Below, in pieces: positions 24,693 through 34,131 of a stretch of DNA of 38,384 nucleotides. The notes under the pieces were generated by a model. That model made no database searches and was not told the origin of the DNA. It worked only from the letters and a program-made list of their open reading frames with translations. Source of the DNA: a bacterium (lineage in GTDB: Bacteria; Patescibacteriota; Minisyncoccia; Minisyncoccales; UBA1441); contig JAKQBO010000009.1 of NCBI GenBank assembly GCA_029559515.1, positions 1 to 38,384 on the forward strand, read 5' to 3'. Positions within the stretch are counted from its first letter, which is position 1. Every line of letters begins with the position of its first letter. Both the position numbers and the translations under genes were made by a program.

Positions 24693-26039
24693 ATGACCAA
24701 GGAAGAGTTATGGCAAGCTGCCCTAGCCCGCCTACAGTTTAGTGTTTCTCGCGCTAATTTTGCAGCCTGGTTTAAAGAGGCGGTTATTCTTGATTGGCAG
24801 GGAGACTCCGTCTCAATTGGTACTCCTAATAGCTTTTCTCAAGAATGGCTAAAGAAAAAATATCATTCAGATATTTTAAAAGCCTTGAACGAAGTCTGCT
24901 CTAAAATTAAAAAAGTAGACTATTTTGTCTCTAAGCAAAACAGAACCAGGGCTGAGGTCAGCCCGCCGGTTCCTGTTAATACCAAGCAAATACAATTTGA
25001 AGAGTTTCAACTCAATCCGAGAACCGGATTAAATACTCGCTATAACTTCAAAGATTTCATTGTTGCTTCTTTTAACGAGATGGCCTTTGCGGCAGCCGAA
25101 GCAGTCGTTCGAGAACCCGGCCGAGCTTATAACCCCTTGTTTGTTTATGGCGGAGTCGGTCTGGGAAAAACCCATCTTCTTCAGGCTGTGGGCAATAAGC
25201 TTGATGAAGAAGATGAAATGAAGATCAGGTATATTTCAGCCGACAAGCTGGTTTCCCAAATTGTTGCCAGTATTTATGAGCGCAGCATCGAGTCGCTCAA
25301 AAAAGAACTTCAACAGCTTGATGTATTAATTGTCGACGATATTCAGTTTATCGCCGGAAAAGAAAAAACCCAAGAAGAGTTTTTTCATGTCTTTAATGCG
25401 TTGTATGAAAAAAACAGCCAGATTATTCTCTCCTCTGATCGCTTGCCAAGCGCGATTCCGGCCCTAGAAAAAAGATTAAAATCAAGATTTGAGGGTGGAA
25501 TGGTGGTCGATATTAGCCGGCCTGACTATGAGAGCCGGCGGGCTATCCTTGAGACTAAAGTTAAAGAGTGGAAAGCCGAGATTGATTCGGAAGTTTTAGA
25601 TTATGTCGCAACTAATATTCAAAACAATGTTCGGGAGCTAGAGGGGGCTTTAAGGCGTCTGATTGCTCATCAAAATATTAAGAAAAATAAATTAAACACC
25701 GAAGTAGCTCAAAAGGTTTTAAAGGATTTAACCCGGACCCAAACTAAATCAGCTTCGCCTCAGAAGATAATTAGCAGCGTGGCTGATTTTTATGATTTAG
25801 ATTTAAAAGACCTGACTTCAGCTACTCGGAAAAAAGATGTTGCTTTTCCCCGCCAGATCGCTATGTATCTACTGAGAAAAGACCTAAAAAAATCATACTT
25901 AAGTATAGGCAACTTATTCGGCGGAAGAGACCATACAACCGTAATTTATGCCTGTCATAAAATTGAGAAGGAAGTTGATCAAGACGGCAGATTAGCTGAT
26001 GAAGTTAGTATGATTCGGCAAAGAATTTATGGGGAATAA
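24693..26039 (+). CDS. dnaA: Chromosomal replication initiator DnaA
   Basis: YNPLFVYGGVGLGKTHLL, DDIQF, QEEFFHVFN, RLKSRF, NVRELEGAL, RQIAMYL, GGRDHTTV. Confidence 0.98.
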   Translation: MTKEELWQAALARLQFSVSRANFAAWFKEAVILDWQGDSVSIGTPNSFSQEWLKKKYHSDILKALNEVCSKIKKVDYFVSKQNRTRAEVSPPVPVNTKQIQFEEFQLNPRTGLNTRYNFKDFIVASFNEMAFAAAEAVVREPGRAYNPLFVYGGVGLGKTHLLQAVGNKLDEEDEMKIRYISADKLVSQIVASIYERSIESLKKELQQLDVLIVDDIQFIAGKEKTQEEFFHVFNALYEKNSQIILSSDRLPSAIPALEKRLKSRFEGGMVVDISRPDYESRRAILETKVKEWKAEIDSEVLDYVATNIQNNVRELEGALRRLIAHQNIKKNKLNTEVAQKVLKDLTRTQTKSASPQKIISSVADFYDLDLKDLTSATRKKDVAFPRQIAMYLLRKDLKKSYLSIGNLFGGRDHTTVIYACHKIEKEVDQDGRLADEVSMIRQRIYGE

Positions 26040-26259
26040 AGCTGAATAACCGGTGGGTAAATATGGTACAATAAAGGGATAAGATTGACCGTTTTTAAAG
26101 CCCTCTATTTTAAACCAGATTTTCTCTCGTGGTTGTCCACCGCCTCTCCCCAAAATAAAATCTTTAAAATTCTTTATCTAAAAGAATTTTCATCTTTTCT
26201 CCCCAGGAAAACTTACCCTAACAACAACTATATATTTAAATAATTAAATTATTATTATT
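26031..26259. other. Probable replication origin (oriC)
   Basis: dnaA-dnaN spacer containing several degenerate DnaA-box-like 9-mers, a CAA/CTA trinucleotide run (about 26218-26230) and a pure A/T tract (26229-26259) next to dnaN. Confidence 0.75.
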
Positions 26260-27387
26260 ATGAAAATCGAAGTCCTCCGAGAAAAATTAAACCAAGCCGT
26301 TTCTATTGTCAGTCGAGCGGCTATTAAAAGCGCCAGTCTTCCTATTTTGGAAGGAGTAATGGTTAAAGCCGACGACAATACGGTCCAGTTTTCAGCAACA
26401 GATCTAGAAGTAGGTATAAGGGTTTCTGCTCTTGCTAAAATATCAAAGAGCGGCCAAGCCGTTGTTCCAGCTAGAATTCTTTCCGCGCTTGGCAAGTTAA
26501 TGAGCGGAGACAAGGTCTCTTTAGAGCTGATTAAAAACAGCTTAGTTATTAAAGACGACGACAACGAAACATCTCTACAAACCTTGGTATCGGAAGACTT
26601 TCCGGTTATTCCTCAACCTAATGATGATTTTTCAGTTGAAATAAACGGATCCGAGCTAAGTAAAGGATTAGCTCAGGTCATTGACTGTGTTTCAACCTCT
26701 CAATCTCGTCCGGAGATTTCCGGAGTTTATCTTAAAATAAGTGGTGACCAGTTGACGATTGCGGCTACCGACAGTTATCGCCTCGCTCAGAAAAACATTT
26801 CTTTGTCTGTAAAGGCGAAAAAAGACCGAGAGATGATTTTACCAGCTAAAGCGGTTAATCATCTAATTGGTATTATCGGCGAGACTAATAATTTAATTAA
26901 AGTCTCTGGAGATGATAATCAAATTAGGTTTGAATTTACCTTAGGCGAAGCGCCTTTAAGCTTGGAAATAGAAATGGTTTCTCGGCTAATTGAAGGAACT
27001 TATCCCCGCTATCAGGAGGTTATTCCACAAAAATCATCGGTCAAAATTAGAGTCGATCGACATGAATTTATGGGAAAGATTAAGGCAGCCAGCCTGCTTT
27101 CCGATCAAACCTATGAGGTTAGGCTTTCAACCCAGTCTGAAGAAGGCCGATTAAAAATAGAGGCTCGCAGTTCGCGAGTTGGAGAATTTAAATCCTCCTT
27201 AGTTGCTGAAATTGAAGGCGGCGAGACAGAGGTTTCATTTAATGGCCGGTTTTTATCAGATGCCTTACTTAATTTAAGTGGCTCAGACGCTCAAATTGGC
27301 TTAACTGATTCTGATAAAGCCGCTTTGATTAAATCCGGCGACGACCAGAGTTATTTGTATGTCTTGATGCCTATTCGCTCTAACTAA
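26260..27387 (+). CDS. dnaN: DNA polymerase III beta sliding clamp
   Basis: LPILEGV, ATDLEVG, EDFP, ATDSYRLA, SRLIEGTYP.Y..VIP, terminal YVLMPIR. Confidence 0.97.
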   Translation: MKIEVLREKLNQAVSIVSRAAIKSASLPILEGVMVKADDNTVQFSATDLEVGIRVSALAKISKSGQAVVPARILSALGKLMSGDKVSLELIKNSLVIKDDDNETSLQTLVSEDFPVIPQPNDDFSVEINGSELSKGLAQVIDCVSTSQSRPEISGVYLKISGDQLTIAATDSYRLAQKNISLSVKAKKDREMILPAKAVNHLIGIIGETNNLIKVSGDDNQIRFEFTLGEAPLSLEIEMVSRLIEGTYPRYQEVIPQKSSVKIRVDRHEFMGKIKAASLLSDQTYEVRLSTQSEEGRLKIEARSSRVGEFKSSLVAEIEGGETEVSFNGRFLSDALLNLSGSDAQIGLTDSDKAALIKSGDDQSYLYVLMPIRSN

Positions 27388-29285
27388 GGCTGGTTTATCG
27401 AATTTAAAGCGTAAGTCATAAACTCATTCCAGATAGCTCCAGCGGTGCTGACTGAAGGTCGCTGAACCATTGATTGCTGGTTGTTATTACCCAACCAGAC
27501 TCCGGCGACCAAGCTTTGATTATAGCCAATAGCCCAAAAGTCTTTATAGTCTTGGTTAGTTCCGGTCTTTACTGAAACTTCAGGATATTGAGGCAAAAAG
27601 AGATTTGAGTTGTAGCCAAACATTGGGGCCCGGGCATCTTCATCGGATAAAATGTCATTTATTTCTTGAGCGACCTGACGATTTAGAATTCTCTGGCTAA
27701 CCAAATTATTATTTTCATAAATTATCTGTCCTCGACTGTCTTCAATTCGGTCAATCAGGAATGGTTGAACCTTAAGCCCCTCGGTGGCAAAAATACCGTA
27801 TGAAGCAACTAGCTCAAATAACTTTACTCCGCCCCCGCCTAAAACTAGAGAGGGTACGGCGGGTAGATCGCTTTTAATACCCGCTTCTTCGAGTAATTTT
27901 AAGCTGTCTTCAATACCTGCTTTTTCCAAAAAAACCTTAACCGAAGGGATGTTTAATGACTGAGCTAAAGCACTGCGCAGGGTTACCTCACCTCGGAAAA
28001 GTCCGTCGTAGTTTCTGGGAATATAGTTAGACCCACCCCAGCGGCCAAAATTAGTTAACTCATCAACAACGATGTCATCAGGGGTCGCGCCTTTTTGAAA
28101 AGCCATTGCATAGATAAAGGGCTTTAAAGCAGACCCGGGATGCCGTTCGCCGGAAACAGCAACATTAAAATGAGGCTGGAAGAGACAATTCTGAGTACAA
28201 TCTTCAGGATAGGATGGTGCAAAGTAGTCTTTTGATCCAACTAAAGCCAAAACAGCTCCGCTTTGAGGATCAATGGCAACTAAAGATCCGTTGTAAATTC
28301 TAAAAACTTCGTAGTCATTAACCTTCTTTTTAATAATTTCTTCTGCTTTTTGCTGAAGATCCCAATTTAAGGTGGTATAAACCTTCAGGCCGTCTCTTTC
28401 TAGCCTCGAACGGCCATACATCTCTTCTAGTTGCTGAAGCACCTGCAGGGTAAAGTGGGGAGCTTTTAGAGAATGAATAATTTCATTGAAATTAATCTCC
28501 TCCTCTCGGGCCTGGCCTAGCTCTTCCTGGGTAATAAAGCCAAGTAACTCCATTCGGTTTAGGGCATGTTGTTGGCGCGCCACTAACTTTTCTAAGTTTC
28601 CACTGTAAGGGGAAAGAGCGCTTGGCGCTTGAATTAAAGCAGCCAAAGTAGCCGACTCTCCCAGGGTTAATTGGGCAGCTGGTTTATTAAAGAAGCCCTG
28701 GCTGGCCGACTCAATTCCATAGAAGTTAGAGCCGAAAGGAACCTGGTTTAAATACCACTCTAATATTTCATCTTTAGAATACTGGCGCTCCAACTCAAGA
28801 GTTAAAAGAACCTCTCTGATTTTTCTTTCAGTTGTTTTTTCAGTGGTCAGGAAGTGAGACCGGATGAGCTGCTGAGAAATAGTCGAGGCGCCTTCAGCTG
28901 GCCGCCGGAGTTTTAAATCAGTCAAAACAGCTCGCATAATACCGCGGGCGTCAACTCCTCGGTGCTCGTAAAATCGAGCATCCTCAAGAGCGATAACGGC
29001 CTGCTGAGCATATTCAGATATCTCTTCCAGCGGAACAACTAAACGGTTTTCCTCTCCAAAGACATTGTAAAGTAAAATTTCGCCGTCACGATCATAAATT
29101 CGAGTTGGTTGAGCGGCCGTGGTTCGGACAAATTTATCGGGTCGAGGAAAGTCATGAGTATAATAAAGAAAAAGAGCCAGGGCTAAAACAACTCCCGCTA
29201 AGAGAAGTATCAAGATAATCTGAATAAAAACGGACACCAGTCTTAAAAAAAGAGACTTCTTTTTCTTTGTCTTATTTTTTTTCAT
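27384..29285 (-). CDS. Class A penicillin-binding protein (transglycosylase + transpeptidase)
   Basis: EDARFYEHRGVD, GASTISQQL, RKIRE, KDEILEWYLN; SxxK (SALK), SxN (SLN), KTGT; N-terminal TM. Confidence 0.93.
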   Translation of the reverse strand: MKKNKTKKKKSLFLRLVSVFIQIILILLLAGVVLALALFLYYTHDFPRPDKFVRTTAAQPTRIYDRDGEILLYNVFGEENRLVVPLEEISEYAQQAVIALEDARFYEHRGVDARGIMRAVLTDLKLRRPAEGASTISQQLIRSHFLTTEKTTERKIREVLLTLELERQYSKDEILEWYLNQVPFGSNFYGIESASQGFFNKPAAQLTLGESATLAALIQAPSALSPYSGNLEKLVARQQHALNRMELLGFITQEELGQAREEEINFNEIIHSLKAPHFTLQVLQQLEEMYGRSRLERDGLKVYTTLNWDLQQKAEEIIKKKVNDYEVFRIYNGSLVAIDPQSGAVLALVGSKDYFAPSYPEDCTQNCLFQPHFNVAVSGERHPGSALKPFIYAMAFQKGATPDDIVVDELTNFGRWGGSNYIPRNYDGLFRGEVTLRSALAQSLNIPSVKVFLEKAGIEDSLKLLEEAGIKSDLPAVPSLVLGGGGVKLFELVASYGIFATEGLKVQPFLIDRIEDSRGQIIYENNNLVSQRILNRQVAQEINDILSDEDARAPMFGYNSNLFLPQYPEVSVKTGTNQDYKDFWAIGYNQSLVAGVWLGNNNQQSMVQRPSVSTAGAIWNEFMTYALNSINQP

Positions 29286-29785
29286 TTCTTATTCTTCCAG
29301 TCAACAGGATCAAGTAGTTTGTTTTTAATCAGATAACAGGCGGCGGCCCCCAGGGCGTCGGTGGCATGATGAGAATAATGATTTTCCTTTAGAGAGAATA
29401 ACTGCTGGACGGCCAGCCTCATCTCTTCTTTATCGGCCCGGCCCCATCCGGTGACGGCCAATTTAATCTCTAGGGGGCTGAACTCATAGATCGGCAGTTT
29501 GTGTTTTTCTGCTGCCAATAAAACAACACCCTTCATCTGACTGACGGCTAAAGCGGAGCGGCGGTTTTGGAAGAAAAAGATGCTTTCAATCGTTAAAACA
29601 TCAGGTTGATATTGGCGAATAATGCGGCGAGTTTCTTTTTCCATTATCAGAAGGCGGTAGGGGTCTTCTCGGTCTGACGCAGTTTCGATTAACCCGCAGT
29701 CAACTATTTTGGGCCGCTGGCGCTGGCAGGAAATTAAACCATAGCCTGTTTCAGCTGTTCCGGGATCGATACCGAGAACAATCAT
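29282..29785 (-). CDS. ruvC: Holliday junction resolvase RuvC
   Basis: VLGIDPG...GYG, IESIFF, EIKLAVTGWGRADK, TDALGAA. Confidence 0.95.
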   Translation of the reverse strand: MIVLGIDPGTAETGYGLISCQRQRPKIVDCGLIETASDREDPYRLLIMEKETRRIIRQYQPDVLTIESIFFFQNRRSALAVSQMKGVVLLAAEKHKLPIYEFSPLEIKLAVTGWGRADKEEMRLAVQQLFSLKENHYSHHATDALGAAACYLIKNKLLDPVDWKNKK

Positions 29786-30504
29786 AGTTCGGCATTAAGA
29801 TATACTTCTTGTACGTCGTCGTGATCGCTTAAAGCTTCTAAAAGACGGTTTAACTTTTGCTGGTTGGCTTCATCTAACTGGAGGTTTTTTTGGGGCCGCC
29901 AAATTAAAGAATGTTCTTTAAGCGACAAGCCTGCTTCTTCTAGATGCTTCTTTGATTTTTCTAATTCTTCGGGCTTAACGTAGACAATTAAATATTCTTC
30001 ATCCCATTCAACATCGGTCGCTCCAGCCTCAATGGCTTTTAATTCTAAGTCTGATTTATTTTCTGATGAAGGCGAAACAATTAATTGTCCGGTTTGGACA
30101 AAAAGCCATCGAACTGAACCAGACTCAGCCATCTTTCCACCGTATTTGTTTAAAATACCCCGAACTTCTTCTAGGGTTCGGTTTTTATTATTAGTAATTC
30201 CATCTATTAATAGGGCTGTTTGGCCAGGACCAAAAGCTTCGTAGTTTACCTTAAACCACTCTTCTCGGTCAGCCCCTAGCCCAGCGCCTCGTTGGATCGC
30301 CCGTTCGATGTTTTTATTAGGCATATTAGCCGAGCGGGCCTTGTCAATAGCGTTGCGGAGCTCAAAGTTTGTCTCCGGGTCGGGGCCTCCTTCCCGGGCA
30401 GCGATAGATAATAAGCGAGTCATGCGTGAAAAAACGGCCCCTCTTTTTTTATCTTGAGACTCTTTACGGTGTTTAATAGTTGACCAATGAGAATGTCCAC
30501 TCAT
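29782..30504 (-). CDS. yebC: YebC/PmpR family protein
   Basis: MSGHSHWSTIKHRK, NMP..NIERAI, YEAFGPG, TNNKNRT, DDVQEVY.N. Confidence 0.95.
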   Translation of the reverse strand: MSGHSHWSTIKHRKESQDKKRGAVFSRMTRLLSIAAREGGPDPETNFELRNAIDKARSANMPNKNIERAIQRGAGLGADREEWFKVNYEAFGPGQTALLIDGITNNKNRTLEEVRGILNKYGGKMAESGSVRWLFVQTGQLIVSPSSENKSDLELKAIEAGATDVEWDEEYLIVYVKPEELEKSKKHLEEAGLSLKEHSLIWRPQKNLQLDEANQQKLNRLLEALSDHDDVQEVYLNAEL

Positions 30505-31175
30505 GATTGTTTTAATTTTTTTTGATAATAAACATTGAAAATCTTTACAGAAGATAAGCTTACCGCAACAGCGGCCAGAATCAAGCCAAACCAGGAAGAG
30601 CTTTGCCGGCGCAAGGGGGCAGGTTCTACCACTGAAGAGGCCTGCGCCGATGCCGGCCGTTCCGTCAGGTAAAAATCATCATAGTTTGACTGGCTGTCTT
30701 GGTATTTTTCATTAACTAATTTTCTTTTGATCTGTTGATGCGGCTCGGGATTCGGCAGGCGGAGCCGACCTTCTTGATATTGATTGTTTCCCTGTCCCCA
30801 GGCTAGGGCACTAATTACTTCGCCCTCGGGGCTGATTAAGGCAATGCTGTTGTTGACAGACAGGGTGGCCGCGCTAGACAGATCAGCTTCTAGTTTTTCA
30901 GCAAAACCTTCTTGGGAATTAGCCCAGGTTAAACAATCCTGAGGGCCAATAAGGGTGCCTTTGGGAAAAAGACGCAGAGAGTAGTCTTTGCCAGTAGAGC
31001 TCTTTTTTCTTAATCGATAGCCACTGACATCAATTTCTCGATCCAGGTCATTATATATTCTAACATAATCATGGTTGGCTTGATCACCAGCAATTTGAAC
31101 CTCAACAATTATTAAAGCCGAAGCTGGCCGGGCCACCAGCAACAACAATAAAACAAGAAGACTAACTCTCTTCAT
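30501..31175 (-). CDS. Exported lamin-tail-domain-like protein with C-terminal TM
   Basis: Signal peptide from ATG 31175 (MKRVSLL...PASA), LIIVEVQIAG...DYVRIYN....IDVSGYRL, ..D...N.DDF; C-terminal hydrophobic segment. Confidence 0.7.
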   Translation of the reverse strand: MKRVSLLVLLLLLVARPASALIIVEVQIAGDQANHDYVRIYNDLDREIDVSGYRLRKKSSTGKDYSLRLFPKGTLIGPQDCLTWANSQEGFAEKLEADLSSAATLSVNNSIALISPEGEVISALAWGQGNNQYQEGRLRLPNPEPHQQIKRKLVNEKYQDSQSNYDDFYLTERPASAQASSVVEPAPLRRQSSSWFGLILAAVAVSLSSVKIFNVYYQKKLKQS

Positions 31176-32496
31176 TAATCTGAACCTTGGTTGTTGCTCG
31201 ATGTACTTCATCCAAGGTTGAGATATGGTTAACTACTCGAACCAAACCATCATAATACATAGGAACCATACCCTTTTCAATGGCCCTTTTTCTTAGGGCG
31301 GGAATGCTGGGTGATTGCTGGATTAATTCTTCCATTTCGTCGTCCACAAAGAAAGCTTCAAAAATTCCAATTCTTCCCCGATATCCAGTGAAGTTGCAGG
31401 AGCGGCAGCCTTCGGGATTGGCATAAAATATCTTAGTGTCTTTATTAAAATCAGGCACTTTGACTGTTGAGGGCAGGGCGGCCAGTCCATCCTTGATCTC
31501 TTTGAAGTCCTGTTCGTTTGGTTTTCCCAATTGTCCGCACTCCAGGCAAACTCGTCGAATTAAACGCTGAGCAATGGCGACATTCAGGGCGGGAGCAATG
31601 TTATGAGGCTTCTCTCCCAGGGCTTCTATTCGAGCAACCGTTCCGGCCGCATCATTAGTATGAACAGTGCTAAATACTAAATGGCCGGTCATAGAAGCTT
31701 GGAGGGCAATGTGGGCCGTTTCATAATCTCGAATCTCGCCGACTAGAATTACATCTGGATCTTGGCGGACGATAGCCGCCAGCCCCTTTGCAAAGTCATA
31801 ACCTTGCTGGGGATTAACCTGGGTCTGAGAAACTCCCGGTAGCTGATATTCGATCGGGTCTTCAATGGTGATGATCTTAATCTCAGGATGATTAATCTTT
31901 TTAAGAAAAGCGTAAAGAGTCGTTGTTTTTCCAGATCCGGTCGGACCGGTCAAGATAATCATGCCATTTGGCTTTTTTAACTCCTTCAGAATGTCCTGAT
32001 GCAGGTCGGGGCGGAGACCCAATCCCTCAATGTCTAATAAGGCAACCGGATCGAGGATTCTCATCACAATTGTTTCGCCATAACTGGAAGGAAGGACCGA
32101 GGTCCTTATCTCAATTTCCCGGCCCTCCTTCTCAAAATCAATGCCGAACCTTCCGTCTTGAGCCTTTTTGCTGATGTTTAATTTTAACTTAGCTAAAAAC
32201 TTAATTCGGGAAACGATCTGTCGATATAACTTTAAGGGCAATAAGTCAACCGTCTGCAAAATACCGTCAATTCTTAATCGGAGGCGGGCCTTTTCTGCCT
32301 CAGGCTCAAGGTGAACGTCGGAAGAGCCCAGGGTAATTGCGCCGCCCATAATAATGTCAACTAGGCGAGATATGCTTTCCTCGGAGTTGTAGCGGATTAG
32401 CCTTTTCAGGTCGCGAATACTATACAAACGAGGCAAGATTTCATCAGAAACCTGAGGATCAATTTTGACGTTGCGCTCAATGTCTTTATCGTCCAT
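31162..32496 (-). CDS. pilB: GspE/PilB family pilus assembly ATPase (short N-terminus)
   Basis: SDVHLEP, RLRIDG, QDGRF, GPTGSGKTT, TIEDPIEY, RQDPDVILVGEIRD, TGHLVFSTVH, CxxC...CxxC, GYRGRIG. Confidence 0.88.
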   Translation of the reverse strand: MDDKDIERNVKIDPQVSDEILPRLYSIRDLKRLIRYNSEESISRLVDIIMGGAITLGSSDVHLEPEAEKARLRLRIDGILQTVDLLPLKLYRQIVSRIKFLAKLKLNISKKAQDGRFGIDFEKEGREIEIRTSVLPSSYGETIVMRILDPVALLDIEGLGLRPDLHQDILKELKKPNGMIILTGPTGSGKTTTLYAFLKKINHPEIKIITIEDPIEYQLPGVSQTQVNPQQGYDFAKGLAAIVRQDPDVILVGEIRDYETAHIALQASMTGHLVFSTVHTNDAAGTVARIEALGEKPHNIAPALNVAIAQRLIRRVCLECGQLGKPNEQDFKEIKDGLAALPSTVKVPDFNKDTKIFYANPEGCRSCNFTGYRGRIGIFEAFFVDDEMEELIQQSPSIPALRKRAIEKGMVPMYYDGLVRVVNHISTLDEVHRATTKVQINEES

Positions 32497-33578
32497 TATA
32501 AAGAGAGAAGATAATTAGTTAATTGTTTCTTGATGATACTTAAGTCTGGCTGATTAACGGTAAACAGCCCTCGGCTTTCTTGATATTGGCCGGGGTAGAG
32601 ATAGGATAGCTGCTTCAGCCGGTCTTTTTCATCAAGATAAACAATTCCTTGGGTCAGGCTTCTTTTGGGCTGCCAAAGAACGATTAAGTTTTTTAGATCA
32701 AGCAGGCGGGACCTCAGCTCTTCGATTAAAAAAATTATATCATTAGAATATAGGCCTTGGTTTTCCCAATAGGGCAAACCTAAAACAGCCAGGTTTTTAG
32801 CCGGATAAAATTCCAATTTACGAATAGATCTTTCAAGCAGCGAAAGCTGTTCAATATCTTCGGTGGTGCAGGGGTTGGGAATATATGAGAGGGCTTCTTG
32901 GTTGACTAGCTCAGCTATCCACTGGCAGGAGTTATTTGAAAATTCCTGCGGGGAGGTGTAGAGCTTTAGCCCTTTTAAGAGATAGGCGCTCACTCGCTGA
33001 TCGATTAAATTTTCATCAATCGCCTTGATGGCATTAGCCACTATTTCCGCCAAGGGCTTCCCTGGATTGATTAAGTTAACCTGGCCAAAGGTCTCGTTTT
33101 CCCGATGATTATCTATATTGACAACAGCCGCCCGGTCTGATCTTTGGCGAAACTGTGGATGGACTATCTGTTTGCTACTGGAAAAACCCAGGCAGATAAA
33201 TAGATCGGGTTCGTTTTTAAAGGGCTCGAAAGCAATAGCCACGTCCTCGGCCCGGACAGAATCATTATGAGCGTTAATGTGGAGGTAAACCCGCCCATTG
33301 TTTTTATTGTATCTTATCTGGGAAATTTTATCAGCCGAAGGACGATTAATAATTATTGTCGGCTTGTCTCGCCATGATTGAGCCTCTTCTAGGCCGATTA
33401 TTGAAGGTGGCAGAGATTCAAGTAATAAACTTGTTTTTCGGTTTAAATTATCTAAACTGAAGAGTAGAGCTAAAGCGGAAAACAAAGATTCGCCCCTCGT
33501 TTCTAGCGAAGGGACTAGGGCGATCTCTCGGCTGTTTTCAATCAGTCTTTTAAATTCTGAAAGTTGACGTAAATCCAT
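32496..33578 (-). CDS. Degenerate DHH/NrnA-like phosphoesterase homolog
   Basis: VVNIDNH..NE.FG.VNLI, SALAL and PDLFI motifs in DHH order, with the catalytic Asp/His residues substituted. Confidence 0.65.
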   Translation of the reverse strand: MDLRQLSEFKRLIENSREIALVPSLETRGESLFSALALLFSLDNLNRKTSLLLESLPPSIIGLEEAQSWRDKPTIIINRPSADKISQIRYNKNNGRVYLHINAHNDSVRAEDVAIAFEPFKNEPDLFICLGFSSSKQIVHPQFRQRSDRAAVVNIDNHRENETFGQVNLINPGKPLAEIVANAIKAIDENLIDQRVSAYLLKGLKLYTSPQEFSNNSCQWIAELVNQEALSYIPNPCTTEDIEQLSLLERSIRKLEFYPAKNLAVLGLPYWENQGLYSNDIIFLIEELRSRLLDLKNLIVLWQPKRSLTQGIVYLDEKDRLKQLSYLYPGQYQESRGLFTVNQPDLSIIKKQLTNYLLSL

Positions 33579-33593
33579 TTCTCTTGTTTCGTT

Positions 33594-33622
33594 AATTTAT
33601 CCCATTTTTAGCCAATCGTCAA
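33594..33622 (-). promoter_or_regulatory. Promoter TTGACG-N17-TAAATT for the DHH-pilB-...-PBP operon
   Basis: Near-consensus elements, with the -10 ending 15 nt before ATG 33578. Confidence 0.55.
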
Positions 33623-33630
33623 TTATAATT

Positions 33631-34131
33631 ATGTTATTAACCACTCAAAGCCCCGAGGAGACCGAGGCAATAGGGCAGAAACTGGCTAGTTGGTGTCTGA
33701 ATCGGCCCGAAAAGGAAAAGCGGGCTTTAGTTTTGAATTTAGAAGGCGACCTAGGCGGCGGGAAAACAACCTTTGTTCGAGGGCTGGCCCGGGGGCTGGG
33801 AATTAGTCATCCTATCACCAGCCCGACTTTTGTTTTGTCCCGAAGGTATCCAGTTAAAGCCGGTAATCTTAAAAACTTCTATCACCTGGACTTCTATCGC
33901 CTGGCAAAGGAAGACGATCGGTTTTTAGATCAGATTAACTTCAGGCAGATAATCAATTGCTCAGAAAATATTGTCGCGATTGAATGGAGCGAGCGCCTGG
34001 GCCGCCTTCGTCCGTCTGGATTGATTCTCTGTTTTGTTTTCAAAAGCGAGCATCAGCGAGAAATTACTTTAAAAGGGGAAACTGACCTCTTAAACCAGGT
34101 CAAGGCTTATCTTTATGGAAAATCAGCTTGA
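33631..34131 (+). CDS. tsaE: tRNA t6A biosynthesis ATPase TsaE
   Basis: LEGDLGGGKTTFVRG, ITSPTFVL, YHLDFYRL, AIEWSE. Confidence 0.95.
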   Translation: MLLTTQSPEETEAIGQKLASWCLNRPEKEKRALVLNLEGDLGGGKTTFVRGLARGLGISHPITSPTFVLSRRYPVKAGNLKNFYHLDFYRLAKEDDRFLDQINFRQIINCSENIVAIEWSERLGRLRPSGLILCFVFKSEHQREITLKGETDLLNQVKAYLYGKSA

